Below, piece by piece: positions 27,909 to 40,167 of a DNA stretch of 64,000 nucleotides. The DNA comes from Paraspadella gotoi (Eukaryota; Animalia; Chaetognatha), in assembly GCA_051294375.1 (NCBI GenBank), contig CM119267.1:3778759-3842758 (forward strand). The letters run 5' to 3'. Position 1 is the stretch's first letter. The number at the start of each line of letters is the position of its first letter. Position numbers and translations under genes: made by a program. The notes below the pieces were generated by a model. That model saw nothing but the letters and a program-made list of their open reading frames with translations, was not told the DNA's origin and ran no database searches.

Positions 27909-29223
27909 TTGTCTCAAAAAATTGTATAGTGTTTTGGTCACAAAATGTGGGCTGACCAGTGACCAGCGACAACACCACCAGTGACCAGTGAAGCAGGCGT
28001 CGCTATCGTCACGTGGAATCTGGTGATGTTTTTTCATTGTCGTCGTTGTTGAGAATTGTGNNNNNNNNNNTCAGATCCATCTATCGTTTCATTTCCTGCG
28101 ATGGTCTTTCTCCTTCTGTAAGAAAAAAAACAAAACAAAAGACGCTCAGTTATTCTTCTGGTTTTNNNNNNNNNNNNNNNNNNNNNNNNNNNNNNNNNNN
28201 NNNNNNNNNNNNNNNNNNNNNNNNNNNNNNNNNNNNNNNNNNNNNNNNNNNNNNNNNNNNNNNNNNNNNNNNNNNNNNNNNNNNNNNNNNNNNNNNNNNN
28301 NNNNNNNNNNNNNNNNNNNNNNNNNNNNNNNNNNNNNNNNNNNNNNNNNNNNNNNNNNNNNNNNNNNNNNNNNNNNNNNNNNNNNNNNNNNNNNNNNNNN
28401 NNNNNNNNNNNNNNNNNNNNNNNNNNNNNNNNNNNNNNNNNNNNNNNNNNNNNNCGAGAAACGGTGAGGGGCAGTGTGCCGTCTCGGCTGTTTGGAACCT
28501 CCTTGCGAGGGCCGAGACTGGAACCAAGAATTAAGTACCGTTCGATCGTGGGAGTGGACAAGACGCGGGGCCACGCCTACAATGGTCACAAATAGTCGAA
28601 CAGAGACCACTCTGAGCCTCGTACGGACCCAAATTAAAAACCCCTCGACGGTACTGGGTTTTTGGCCGAGTCGACTGGCAAGGAATGCCTTATTGAGGCC
28701 GCCGGAAAATTTGGGCATCGAGAGACCAGGCAAAGTCACCAGGCAGTTGACCCCTGCCAAAAAAAAAATCCCAAGAAAATTAAAACCCACGTGGGTCCAA
28801 GGGGAGGGGGCAGGGGGTCTAGACGGGGTGGTGTGTTGTCGAGCAATTAAACGGGTCGGCGAGTAAACGGCCCATAACCGAGACTTACATCGTCTGCTTC
28901 TTTCTTTCGCCTCGCGAGTCTTTTGTTTGTTTGTCTACGACGAAATATAAAGAAGGTTTTTTTTTTCATTTCGCGGAATATGTTTTGTTTTGTTTTTGTT
29001 GTTGTTGTTTTTTTGGGTCGTTGTTTCTTTTTTTTTAGTGTCGTTTTCCGTTGGAATCTTCTGAACCGAGAAATGAGAAAAATGAAAACTTTAAGAAGAA
29101 AAAAAAAACAACGGGGAATAGAAATGTTAAATTAAATAAGAAAAACAATCCTTCTAAGCTGAATGTATTGTATAAAAAAATAATCTCTGAATGACATTGG
29201 TGCAACCGATATAAAAATTATCT

Positions 29224-29425
29224 ATTCATTCAATAAATAAGCTATCTTGCCCCTGACTTTGGACAGGCTTTTGTGGTTTAAGGCCTCCATCACTCTTACA
29301 AGATAATGACATAGCAGGTCCCTGCAAGCTTTCAATCAAGACTCTCTCACAGTCTCTTTTATTCACTCCCAGAGTACCTGGCTTCCCCATCAATGAAGTG
29401 GCATAATATTTCAAAGAATGTTTCA
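29224..29425. repeat. Dispersed repeat of unknown class (other copies ~10830-10940, ~13905-14085)
   Basis: Shared ttcatt(c/g)aa..aa(t/c)aagc.atc....cc.gacttt.gac...ata.t...tagcagg motif string in three copies. Confidence 0.7.
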
Positions 29426-30890
29426 ATTTAATTTATGATAAATCGGTTAATTTTGACATTTCGATCATAATACGTATAATCAGAGAATTGCGGTTAAAAA
29501 TTATTTTTAAAAAAATAATAAAATTAAAAAGGTTTTAAGTAAAATGTTTAAAAAAAATAGTGAATGGAGAGTAAATTGAAAAAAATGAGGTCCATCGACG
29601 ACGGCGTCTCTCGACTTTTGAAGGGGAGGAGGAAGAGGAGGAGGAGGAGGAGGAGGAAGAGGAGGAGGAAGAAGAAGAAGAGAAAAAGTGAAGAGTAAAT
29701 CTCGAGACGAAAAACACGAGAGCCATGAATCTCCGAAGAAGAAAATCGAGGGGAGAGCAAAGTCTGATCCAGACTGTCTTAATGAAAATACAGTGGATGA
29801 GGAAATGAGGAAGGGAACTGTGGGATGAGGCGACTGTGGGATGAGGCAACTGTGTGACGAAATCGAAGCCGTGTGGTCAAAAAAATTATATTAACTTAAC
29901 ATACTCAATGTCTACTTAACATACAATAATTTTGTTAGCAGCGAAAGCAAAGATTTAGCATTTTTACAACGAATTTATTTTGGTTTAAAAACTTTGCTTT
30001 CTCTACTAATACACCAACAAAGAAAAAAGAAAGGATTATTACAATAACTTTATTCAAAAACTGAAGTTTCAAGTTGAAATTTTAATTTTAAAAAATTACT
30101 ATAGAGGGATAAAAATGCTAATTAATGAGAAANNNNNNNNNNNNNNNNNNNNNNNNNNNNNNNNNNNNNNNNNNNNNNNNNNNNNNNNNNNNNNNNNNNN
30201 NNNNNNNNNNNNNNNNNNNNNNNNNNNNNNNNNNNNNNNNNNNNNNNNNNNNNNNNNNNNNNNNNNNNNNNNNNNNNNNNNNNNNNNNNNNNNNNNNNNN
30301 NNNNNNNNNNNNNNNNNNNNNNNNNNNNNNNNNNNNNNNNNNNNNNNNNNNNNNNNNNNNNNNNNNNNNNNNNNNNNNNNNNNNNNNNNNNNNNNNNNNN
30401 NNNNNNNNNNNNNNNNNNNNNNNNNNNNNNNNNNNNNNNNNNNNNNNNNNNNNNNNNNNNNNNNNNNNNNNNNNNNNNNNNNNNNNNNNNNNNNNNNNNN
30501 NATCTATAACCGTTTGTGATAACGGTGATGATAACGACGGAGGTAACGGTGAATCCCCGTTTGGTTTTTATCACAACCTCATCGGACTAATATTAGTCTC
30601 TGGCGACGCTGATGAATGCGTCGGTGGCGACGAAAACCTTTGCCTGTGATGGCATTCCTTGGATGGCAGACTCTTTAATTAAATTAGCAAAGACAGTCCT
30701 TTCATGGCAAATTCGGCAGAAAGAGAGAGAGTGAGAGGCAGGACTTAAGAAAAAATAAATCTCGGATGGCAATGCCAGTTTTACGGGAATATCAGAGCCT
30801 CAATGCCATATGGCAGATGATGATAACCGACCCGGAATGCTTTATTGAACACAAGATATAAGAAAAAATGTTGAGGGCGGTATTTTTCTG

Positions 30891-31282
30891 TGGCGTTGGC
30901 ACAGTGTTGACGTTGACGTTTGATGGCGTGGGCGCAGTGTTGATGCTGACGTTTGATGGNNNNNNNNNNNNNNNNNNNNNNNNNNNNNNNNNNNNNNNNN
31001 NNNNNNNNNNNNNNNNNNNNNNNNNNNNNNNNNNNNNNNNNNNNNNNNNNNNNNNNNNNNNNNNNNNNNNNNNNNNNNNNNNNNNNNNNNNNNNNNNNNN
31101 NNNNNNNNNNNNNNNNNNNNNNNNNNNNNNNNNNNNNNNNNNNNNNNNNNNNNNNNNNNNNNNNNNNNNNNNNNNNNNNNNNNNNNNNNNNNNGATGTTG
31201 ACGTTTGAAGTCGTTGGCGCAGTGTTGATGTCGACGTTTGATGGCGTTGGCGCAGTGCTGATGTTGACGTCTGATGGCGTGG
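30891..31282. repeat. 33-bp minisatellite spanning a gap
   Basis: Consensus gatggcgttggcgcagtgttgatgttgacgttt on both sides of the N-gap. Confidence 0.85.
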
Positions 31283-31632
31283 CTGATGTTTCAGCGGCGT
31301 CGTTGATGGCGTAAAAAGAAAATCGGAAATCGCGTCGGACGCAAAAACGATCGGACGGATTTTTTAGCGTCCGCCGCCGTCGTCGTCGTCGTCGTCGCCT
31401 TCTCAGTCGTCGTCGTCNNNNNNNNNNNNNNNNNNNNNNNNNNNNNNNNNNNNNNNNNNNNNNNNNNNNNNNNNNNNNNNNNNNNNNNNNNNNNNNNNNN
31501 NNNNNNNNNNNNNNNNNNNNNNNNNNNNNNNNNNNNNNNNNNNNNNNNNNNNNNNNNNNNNNNNNNNNNNNNNNNNNNNNNNNNNNNNNNNNNNNNNNNN
31601 NNNNNNNNNNNNNNNNNNNNNNNNNNNNNNNN

Positions 31633-31663
<31 letters not shown>

Positions 31664-32102
31664 TCCCTCTCCGTAGTCGTCGCGGTTATCGCGTCACGTG
31701 ACCGAAAATATCGACAAAGTTTGTCAACGTTTATCGCGAACGGCGCCAAAAAAAAANNNNNNNNNNNNNNNNNNNNNNNNNNNNNNNNNNNNNNNNNNNN
31801 NNNNNNNNNNNNNNNNNNNNNNNNNNNNNNNNNNNNNNNNNNNNNNNNNNNNNNNNNNNNNNNNNNNNNNNNNNNNNNNNNNNNNNNNNNNNNNNNNNNN
31901 NNNNNNNNNNNNNNNNNNNNNNNNNNNNNNNNNNNNNNNNNNNNNNNNNNNNNNNNNNNNNNNNNNNNNNNNNNNNNNNNNNNNNNNNNNNNNNNNNNNN
32001 NNNNNNNNNNNNNNNNNNNNNCTCCCCTTAATTCTCAGTTCTTAATTGTCTCCTCTTCCACAATCCACCCTCCCTTCCACCCCCCCTTACCTCTTCGAAA
32101 AG

Positions 32103-32328
32103 GTCCTCAACTCTACTGGAGAGTCGGGAACCACACCGTCCAGGGAACCAACGTCCGCGGCGACGAGTCCGTCGTCTCCAACTACACCTTCGGCGTCGTT
32201 TTCGAGGATCACGGGAAGAGCCTCCAGTGCGTCGTCGCCCACGAGCATTGGAACACCTCGCTCATGCCGCTCATGTGCGAGTACGACCGGATCAACGTTA
32301 CCTTCAAGCCGAAGCTCATTTGTCCCAG
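32103..32328 (+). CDS. Ig-domain gene exon 3
   Basis: aaag| (G)PQLYWRVGNHTVQG...FEDHGKSLQCVVAHEHW...INVTFKPKLICP |gtag; phase 1 in, phase 2 out; DHGKxLxCxVxH is typical of C2-set Ig domains. Confidence 0.9.
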
Positions 32329-32805
32329 GTAGAGAGAGAAGATGGGAAAGGATGGGATGATGGGAGGATGGGNNNNNNNNNNNNNNNNNNNNNNNNNNNN
32401 NNNNNNNNNNNNNNNNNNNNNNNNNNNNNNNNNNNNNNNNNNNNNNNNNNNNNNNNNNNNNNNNNNNNNNNNNNNNNNNNNNNNNNNNNNNNNNNNNNNN
32501 NNNNNNNAAAACGATGATGTGATGAAATGATAAAACGATTAAATGCTAATATGATAACAAGTAAAATTATAAAATATTAAAATGATAAAATTAAAAAAAA
32601 GGGTCTTTGGGAATTAAATTTTGAACGTTAATCTGGTCGGTCCCTCCCAGAGTAATTAAATCATGAATTCAGCGTAAACGGATCTCTCTCTCTCTCTCTC
32701 TCTCTCTNNNNNNNNNNNNNNNNNNNNNNNNNNNNNNNNNNNNNNNNNNNNNNNNNNNNNNNNNNNNNNNNNNNNNNNNNNNNNNNNNNNNNNNNNNNNN
32801 NNNNN

Positions 32806-33026
32806 TAAAGATTAAGTTAATGATTAAGGTTAGGAATTTGGTTAGTGATTAGGGTTAGGGATTATGGTTAAGGATTCGGGTTAAGGTTAGGGTTATGATT
32901 AAGAATTAGGTGTGGGCTAGGGATCAGGGTTATAAGTTTAACAATATATTTAGGTTAAATATTAAAATTAAAATCAAATTCTGGTATAAAGAAACAAAAG
33001 TGGGGCACTCTCGGAAAACAGAGCCC
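32806..33026. mobile_element. Partial MITE-like element with degenerate TTAGGG core
   Basis: ttagggttaggg tract ending in ggggcactctcggaaaacagagccc; left end lies in a gap. Confidence 0.55.
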
Positions 33027-34579
33027 AAAAAAAGGGACAAGACTCGTAATAATATTTCGGTAGAAGGGAAAAACATACGACACAAACAGCGATGGAGAAT
33101 AAATAAATAAATAACTCGGCGACGAGAGATTCCGTCTCTCCTCCCCTTAAAACGCGGGAAAAGAGAAGACAACAATATCCTAGAGAGGGCGCTGCCGTTG
33201 CTATGGAAACCCTCCTGGGGGTGGGCGGAGGGAAGAAAATGACAAAAGGAAAAAAAACCGGACGGAAAAATTCGTTTTTCTTCCTTAAAAAAAANNNNNN
33301 NNNNNNNNNNNNNNNNNNNNNNNNNNNNNNNNNNNNNNNNNNNNNNNNNNNNNNNNNNNNNNNNNNNNNNNNNNNNNNNNNNNNNNNNNNNNNNNNNNNN
33401 NNNNNNNNNNNNNNNNNNNNNNNNNNNNNNNNNNNNNNNNNNNNNNNNNNNNNNNNNNNNNNNNNNNNNNNNNNNNNNNNNNNNNNNNNNNNNNNNNNNN
33501 NNNNNNNNNNNNNNNNNNNNGAGAGATAGAGACAGAGAGAGATCGTGATCGAGTGGGTATTTGGATCTGATCCAGAGACAGACATATCTTAAAATTTCTT
33601 TTCCTTTTTTTTTTAGGAAGACAAATCTGTTCAAACTTTAAAATTTCAAATTGAAAAAAAACATTTTGGTCGAAGCGTGAAAAAAAATTCAGTGTGGTTT
33701 TAAAATTGGAAATAAAGGATTTATCTCTCTTTTAGTAATCGAAATAACAAGACAAAATGACTTATTATTAATATTACGCATCGTATTCCAACAAAAAAAG
33801 TACGTGTGATAATGAGATAATATGTCGAAACGATTCGTTAGGACAGAATGATGTTATCAGAGTGAACTTATCTCCTTTCAATCTGTAACAGCTTATGACC
33901 ATAATCACAGATGAGAGATTATCCTTTTTTCTTCCTAAATATTTCGTATTCATCTCAAGAAACATCTTTGCCCCACATAACGACGCATTTTTCCCGCTAA
34001 CGATTCTAACGACACAAAACAAAATCTTATTGCGAAAAGGAACAACTACAACAATCGAAACAACAACANNNNNNNNNNATAACAACAACAACAACGAGAA
34101 ATTCCCGCGCTTTTGCTTCTGGGGTCGCGACGACGCAGAGACGTACGCGCGGCAATAAAGAAGATGGCGGCACTAACTCACCAACGCGATCATTGGGAAA
34201 ACAACCCACCCTTTTCTCTCATTCTTCGCTCTGTTATGCTCTGTCTCTCTCTCTCTCTCTCTCNNNNNNNNNNNNNNNNNNNNNNNNNNNNNNNNNNNNN
34301 NNNNNNNNNNNNNNNNNNNNNNNNNNNNNNNNNNNNNNNNNNNNNNNNNNNNNNNNNNNNNNNNNNNNNNNNNNNNNNNNNNNNNNNNNNNNNNNNNNNN
34401 NNNNNNNNNNNNNNNNNNNNNNNNNNCTTAAATTCTCTCTTCTTTCCTCCTTTTTTCCTTTCCTCCTTTTTTCCTTTTCTCCTTTTTTCTTTTTCCTCTT
34501 CCTCGCAAAACCGAAATGACTTGTGAGACTTTATCACTTACTATCTGTCTGACTTTCTTTCTTTCTGTCCTTCTTTCTC

Positions 34580-34614
<35 letters not shown>

Positions 34615-34994
34615 CTCTTTCTTTCTTTCTCTCTTTCTTTCTTTCTCTTTCTGTCTCATTGGGTTATTTCAGTACAGATCTCTCCACTCAATACAAAAAC
34701 AAACAAACAAATAATAACTTCATCATTCTCCCAGTTTTTTCCTCTCCCACTCGACTGCTTTGATTTGCAATATNNNNNNNNNNNNNNNNNNNNNNNNNNN
34801 NNNNNNNNNNNNNNNNNNNNNNNNNNNNNNNNNNNNNNNNNNNNNNNNNNNNNNNNNNNNNNNNNNNNNNNNNNNNNNNNNNNNNNNNNNNNNNNNNNNN
34901 NNNNNNNNNNNNNNNNNNNNNNNNNNNNNNNNNNNNNNNNNTCCCTCTCCCTCTCTCCTCTTCCACTCCCTCTCCCTCTCTCTCCCTCCCCCAG

Positions 34995-35181
34995 AACCGT
35001 TGTCTTCCACGAGTGGGATTCAGACTATCGCGTCTCCTGTGACGTTTTCATCAATCCTCCGGTTCCCGCGGAAAACATTCACTGGTTGCTTGGCAACGGA
35101 AATTACTCTCACGCCTTGCAGAACAACTCAAAGTTCTTCTCTTATAGAGTCGACAAGACCTTTCGCGGATACCACATACAG
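34995..35181 (+). CDS. Ig-domain gene exon 4
   Basis: Polypyrimidine tract + cag| (R)TVVFHEWDSDYRVSCDVFINPPVPAENIHWLLGNGNYS...GYHIQ |gt; phase 2 in, phase 0 out. Confidence 0.88.
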
Positions 35182-35466
35182 GTTGTTGTTGTCGTTGTCG
35201 TTGTTGTCGTTGTCGTTTTTAACAGGGGATAAGTAGAAAGGACTGAAAAGAGACTGGTTTAATTTATTATTCTCTTGTCATAAATTTAGTCAGATTTTAC
35301 ATATTAGTGATTAATATCGATACATGGACAACAATGAATATGACCAACGGACTATTTAAATATTCTATAATTTGCTTTATTTATATATAGTTTATATATT
35401 GGGAACTTTTTTTGTATCTTCTATTGTACATTTTAATTTAAAGAGAAGGAGAGGGGGGTTGGAATT

Positions 35467-35517
<51 letters not shown>

Positions 35518-36326
35518 GACGCAGAGAGAGAGAGAAGAGAGAGCCGAAGGACCTCTTTTGGTGAGGCAGAAAAAACCTGTTAGAAATAAGATAGGAGATG
35601 ACAAAGACGGGGCAGGGTTGTGATTAGAGAAGAGAGTACAGAGAGACATCGAGAGAGAGGACGGAGAGAGAGAGGAGAGAGAGGAGAGAGAGTGAGAGAG
35701 AGAGAGACTCTTGGGCAGAAAGAACCCCTGTAGTATATAAAGAGGAAGAGAAGAGGGGTGGTTTGCATTAGAGAGAGAGAGAGAGATGAGAGCTAGAGAT
35801 GAAGAGAGATAGAAGAGAGAGAGAGAGAGACTGAGGAGAGAGTGTATGATAGATGAGAGGAGAGATGATCGAGAGAGAGATGGAGAGCAGAGGTGAGAGA
35901 GAATGATATTTAAGAGCAGACAAAAATAAGAGATGACATCAAAGTCGATATTTCACTTCTTTTCTTCGTCATTCAGTCGACTTTTCATTACGGTGCCCAT
36001 GCATGGCATGACATTGCGCGTGGGCAGTCGATGAATGCTCACTCCATTGTTCGCTTCTCGTTTTGCAGCGACCCATCAGCGTTTCGTATAGCGGCGGGTA
36101 ATGCTTATATTTGATGATATCATATCAAATTATCTTTAATTACGTAAACCTATATATTAAAGTGAAAGAGGCTCACGCCGATGTCTTTCTGATTATAACT
36201 ATCTCTCTCNNNNNNNNNNNNNNNNNNNNNNNNNNNNNNNNNNNNNNNNNNNNNNNNNNNNNNNNNNNNNNNNNNNNNNNNNNNNNNNNNNNNNNNNNNN
36301 NNNNNNNNNTCTCTTTATTTCTACAG

Positions 36327-36473
36327 GGTTTTCTCCACAAAAGTCTTCTCTCCCTCAAAATTCCCGAGCGGCAGTTGACGCTTCACATCTTCGGCGCGGT
36401 GGGAGTCTCAGCGTCGCGGGCGATCAGGCTCGAGCTCCACTACGGACCCAGGCTGCAGTGCCCCTCCGAACAG
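36327..36473 (+). CDS. Ig-domain gene exon 5 (probable GC donor; alternative GT donor after 36494)
   Basis: tttctacag| GFLHKSLLSLKIPERQLTLHIFGAVGVSASRAIRLELHYGPRLQCPSEQ |gcgagc; YGPRLQCP parallels FKPKLICP of the preceding domain junction. Confidence 0.82.
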
Positions 36474-38203
36474 GCGAGCTTGGGCCGGCAGGCTGTGAGG
36501 CGCAGTGAGAATTTGTTTAAATCGATTGGTTGGTTGATTTGATTGATTGATTGATGGATTGATCTGAATGATTGATTGATCTAAAAGATTGCTTGATATG
36601 AATGATTGACTGCTTTATTTGCTGAATTGATTGGTTCTTGGATTGATACTTTTTTTATTGGACAATGGGCGTGCTTCTTAAAAGGATTACGTGTTATTTT
36701 TAAGTCAAAATATACTTTACAACTCATCAACCGAGGCAAAGGTTACCGTACTGAAAAATATGTAAAGCTACCGAAAACGCATTAAAATTTGGATTGAAAG
36801 CATAAAAAATAACAGGATAAGAAACAAGGAAAAAAGGAAATAAGGAAGGAGGAAAAAAGGGAAAAAAGGGAAAAAAAAGGAAAAAGGGGAGGAAAAAATA
36901 AGAGAGAAGGCGGCGCCCAAAATAAAAAAAAAAAGAAAAGGGGAGGAAAAGAAAGAAAAAAAATAAGAAAGGAAAACGAAAACGAGGTCTGACATTCGAC
37001 GAAGGAGATTTCCAAGAAATGAGGGCAAAAAGGCTAAAAAAAGGAGTAAAAACAAGAAAAGAGTAGAAAAAAAAGGGGAAAAAAGGAAAAAAAAGGACAA
37101 AGGAAAATAGACAACGTTGTACAAATAACGGGAAGAAAAGTTGGAGAAGTTGAAGAGGAAGATTTAACAAAAAAAGACATAGAGGGCAAAATGTAAGAAT
37201 AACCGACCGGGGGAAACAAAGCAAACAAACAAAAGATAAAAAAACAAAAAAAAAAACAAAAAACAAAAGGGACATTTCGACGAATCCAAATATATAACGC
37301 CTTCCGAAATCCACCGCCCCCCCTTCCCCCGCCTCCCTCCGCTAAAAAAATAAAGGGTCTCTTAGGGACACTTTTTGACGGACGGAATAAAAAAAAAAAA
37401 GCGGGAAAAACCGGACGTCGTAAAGAAAAAAAAGGGAAAAAAGAAGAAAAACAAGGAAAGAAACACTTCGGGGGAGGGGGGCGGCAACAAAGGAGAGAGA
37501 GAGAGGCGTACGGGACGCACGGACTGACGGAACTGACGATGCGACGGACAGCAAGATGAATGGGTTTTTGGCCGGGTTCGTATAGCGTGTCACATGCTCG
37601 CCGGTTGATTGGACCAGGTTGACGTTTCGAGCGACCTTTGACCCCCTAGGGGGCGGAGGCCCAGGTCTCCGGGGGGGGGAATTCGGAAAAGGGGGGAAGA
37701 GGGAGGAAAGCGTGGGGGGGGGGGGGAAAAGACGGCGGAGAAGATTTGAGGTCAAGATTGTTCGCCTTATAGAGGGAGAAGGGGAAGGAGAGGGAGGAAG
37801 GGGGAGTTGAGGGAGGGAGGGAGGGGAAAGGGGATAATGATAGAGGGGGAAGGAGGGGGAGAAAGGAAAGAGGGGAGAGGGAGAGAAGAGGAGGAGTAAG
37901 GATATGTGGGTAGAGGGAGGAAGGTAAGAAGGGGGAGAAGGGAAGAGGGAGAAAGGGAGGAGGAGGGAGGAAGGGGGGAAATTCGAAGTCGCGTGAAGTT
38001 GTCAAAAGTCAGAGACTAAGGAATGAAGAATGAGGCGAATTCGTCCTGATCTAAAAGATAAAACGAAATATGGTAGAGACGAATGACTGAACGAAGAGAT
38101 GAACGAATGATTAAAGAGACGAATCAATGGAGGAGACAAATGAATGATCTCAAAGATGAACGAATAATAAAAGAGATAAACGAATAAAAGGAAGTCAACT
38201 GAA

Positions 38204-38241
<38 letters not shown>

Positions 38242-38555
38242 CGAACGCATGAAAGAAGAAAAGAAAAAAAAAACTGGATCGATTATTCGAGAAGGAAAAA
38301 AGAAAAGAACGGTGATTCCAATGTGCGTTGCGCCGCAGTGACTTTCTTTCACGTGTTTTTCCTAGTGATCACTTGACTACCGTGAGAGCTCAACATGCAC
38401 CGCATTGTTATTCCGTCTTTTATTTTTAATATGATTTCTTTAAAAAAAACAAGAGGTAGCGCTAGCAGTCGATTAGATTCGAGGTTCTTTTCGTGTTGAG
38501 TAAAAATAACAAAAGAGCAACCGAGGGAGTATTACCCGAGTTGGGAGGTTTTTAA

Positions 38556-38660
38556 ACGTAAGCGAGACCGACTGACAGACCAAATTACAGACCGACCGAC
38601 AGACCGACCGAAAAGTGACTTATTCAGTCGCTCCGCGAGTACTCGCGGCGCGACTTAAAA
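38556..38660 (-). mobile_element. HINE-like element head
   Basis: Minus strand ttttaagtcgcgccgcgagtactcgcggagcgactgaataagtcacttttcggtcggtctgtc; related heads at ~54238-54300 and ~58505-58548. Confidence 0.5.
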
Positions 38661-38929
38661 GAGGAAATTCATGATTCCATTCAAAAGAATCGATGAGAAT
38701 CGTCATCGACGTTAGGCAGACTCTTTTTAAAATTATGTAAATTCCGAGAAATTCGATCGAAATTCAATCGAATCATATTATCTTATTTGATGAGAATGAA
38801 ATATAATTAAAAGATATCGTTGACATTTCTAGATTAATTTGTACTGAATAGGAAATTATATGAAATAGGGACAACCAATATCAAAATTTAGGTTACAATT
38901 AGGTAAGAATTAGCTTAGAAATAGTCAAG

Positions 38930-39066
38930 GTAAAGGGAAAGGGAACTGGCAAGGAAATGAAAAGGAAACGAGCAAGAAGATGGGAACATGGGACATGGGA
39001 ACATGGGAACGGGCAAAGGAACTGGCAAGGGAAATGGAAAGGACAAGGGAAATGGCAAGGGAACGG
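38930..39066 (+). repeat. Degenerate short-unit minisatellite (gggaa(c/a)tggcaa)
   Basis: Repeated aagggaactggc/gggaacat/gggaaatgg units. Confidence 0.6.
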
Positions 39067-39563
39067 GCGAGGAAACAGCAGTAATGGTGGGGGTTTTAAT
39101 ACGATATAGTTTACTATTAGAAAAGGAAGGGACAAGGAAACTGCAAAGGGAACAAACACGGTTTAAGCTTCAATTTTCGCCAAATCTCCGCTTTGCTTTA
39201 TTTACGCCAATCCACTCAAAGCGGTTCCGTTTTTTTTTTACAATTCCGCGACTCTTTGGAACGGAAAAAAAAGCAAAAAAAAGCAAAAAAAAGTGAAACA
39301 GCTTTTCCGACGTAATTTGGGTTATCTTGTTTGTTTACGGAGTCACAACCTTACCCAAACAGCGCCGGCGTCCCTTACCCTCCCCGCGGCCGACCCTTAC
39401 CCGCAAAATAGAGAGGCAGTCGAGGTTGGTTGTCGTCGTCGTCCGCGTTGTTGTTGTTGTTATCCCATCGTCCTCTTCCCCTTTCTCCTCTAATTCTTTT
39501 CAACGCAATTCACCGTCTTTTCTCTTTTTTTTTTCCCTCCCGTTGTTTGTTTTTATTGCGTCT

Positions 39564-39596
<33 letters not shown>

Positions 39597-39603
39597 CCTC
39601 TCT

Positions 39604-39638
<35 letters not shown>

Positions 39639-39921
39639 TCTCTCCTCTCTCTTCTCCCACTTCTCTCCATCTACTTCTCCACGCGTCCCTCTCCTCTTCT
39701 CCTCTCTCTCCCCTCCCTCTCCCTCCCTCCTTCTCCTCCTCCCCTCGGTCTCTCCGCTCCCTCCTCCTCTCTCCCTTCCCCCCTCTCCTCGCTTCTCTCC
39801 CCTCATCTTCCACTCTCTCCTTCTCTCCCTCCCCTCCTTCCCTCCTCCTCTCCCCTCTCTCATCCCCTTCTCCTTCTCCTCCCTCCCCTCTCTCTCCCCT
39901 CTTTCCTCTCCCTCTCTCTCC

Positions 39922-39953
<32 letters not shown>

Positions 39954-40135
39954 ATTGTTTTGTTCTAGTGGATCTTATTTTTTGTTTTTTTCCCTTTTTT
40001 TTCGTTTCACGAGTTTTTCCCTTGTTTGTTTCCCTCCTTCTTCTTGCTGTCTGTGATAATGAGAGAAATCCTGGATTCTGAATCACTTTTAAGCAATCGT
40101 TCTCTCTCTCTCTTTCTCTGTTCTCCTCTCTCCTC

Positions 40136-40167
<32 letters not shown>

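Noticed and set aside
28455-28866. 130-aa + strand and 214-aa - strand ORFs in a GC-richer block
   Set aside because: No recognisable motif or splice context; next to a gap.
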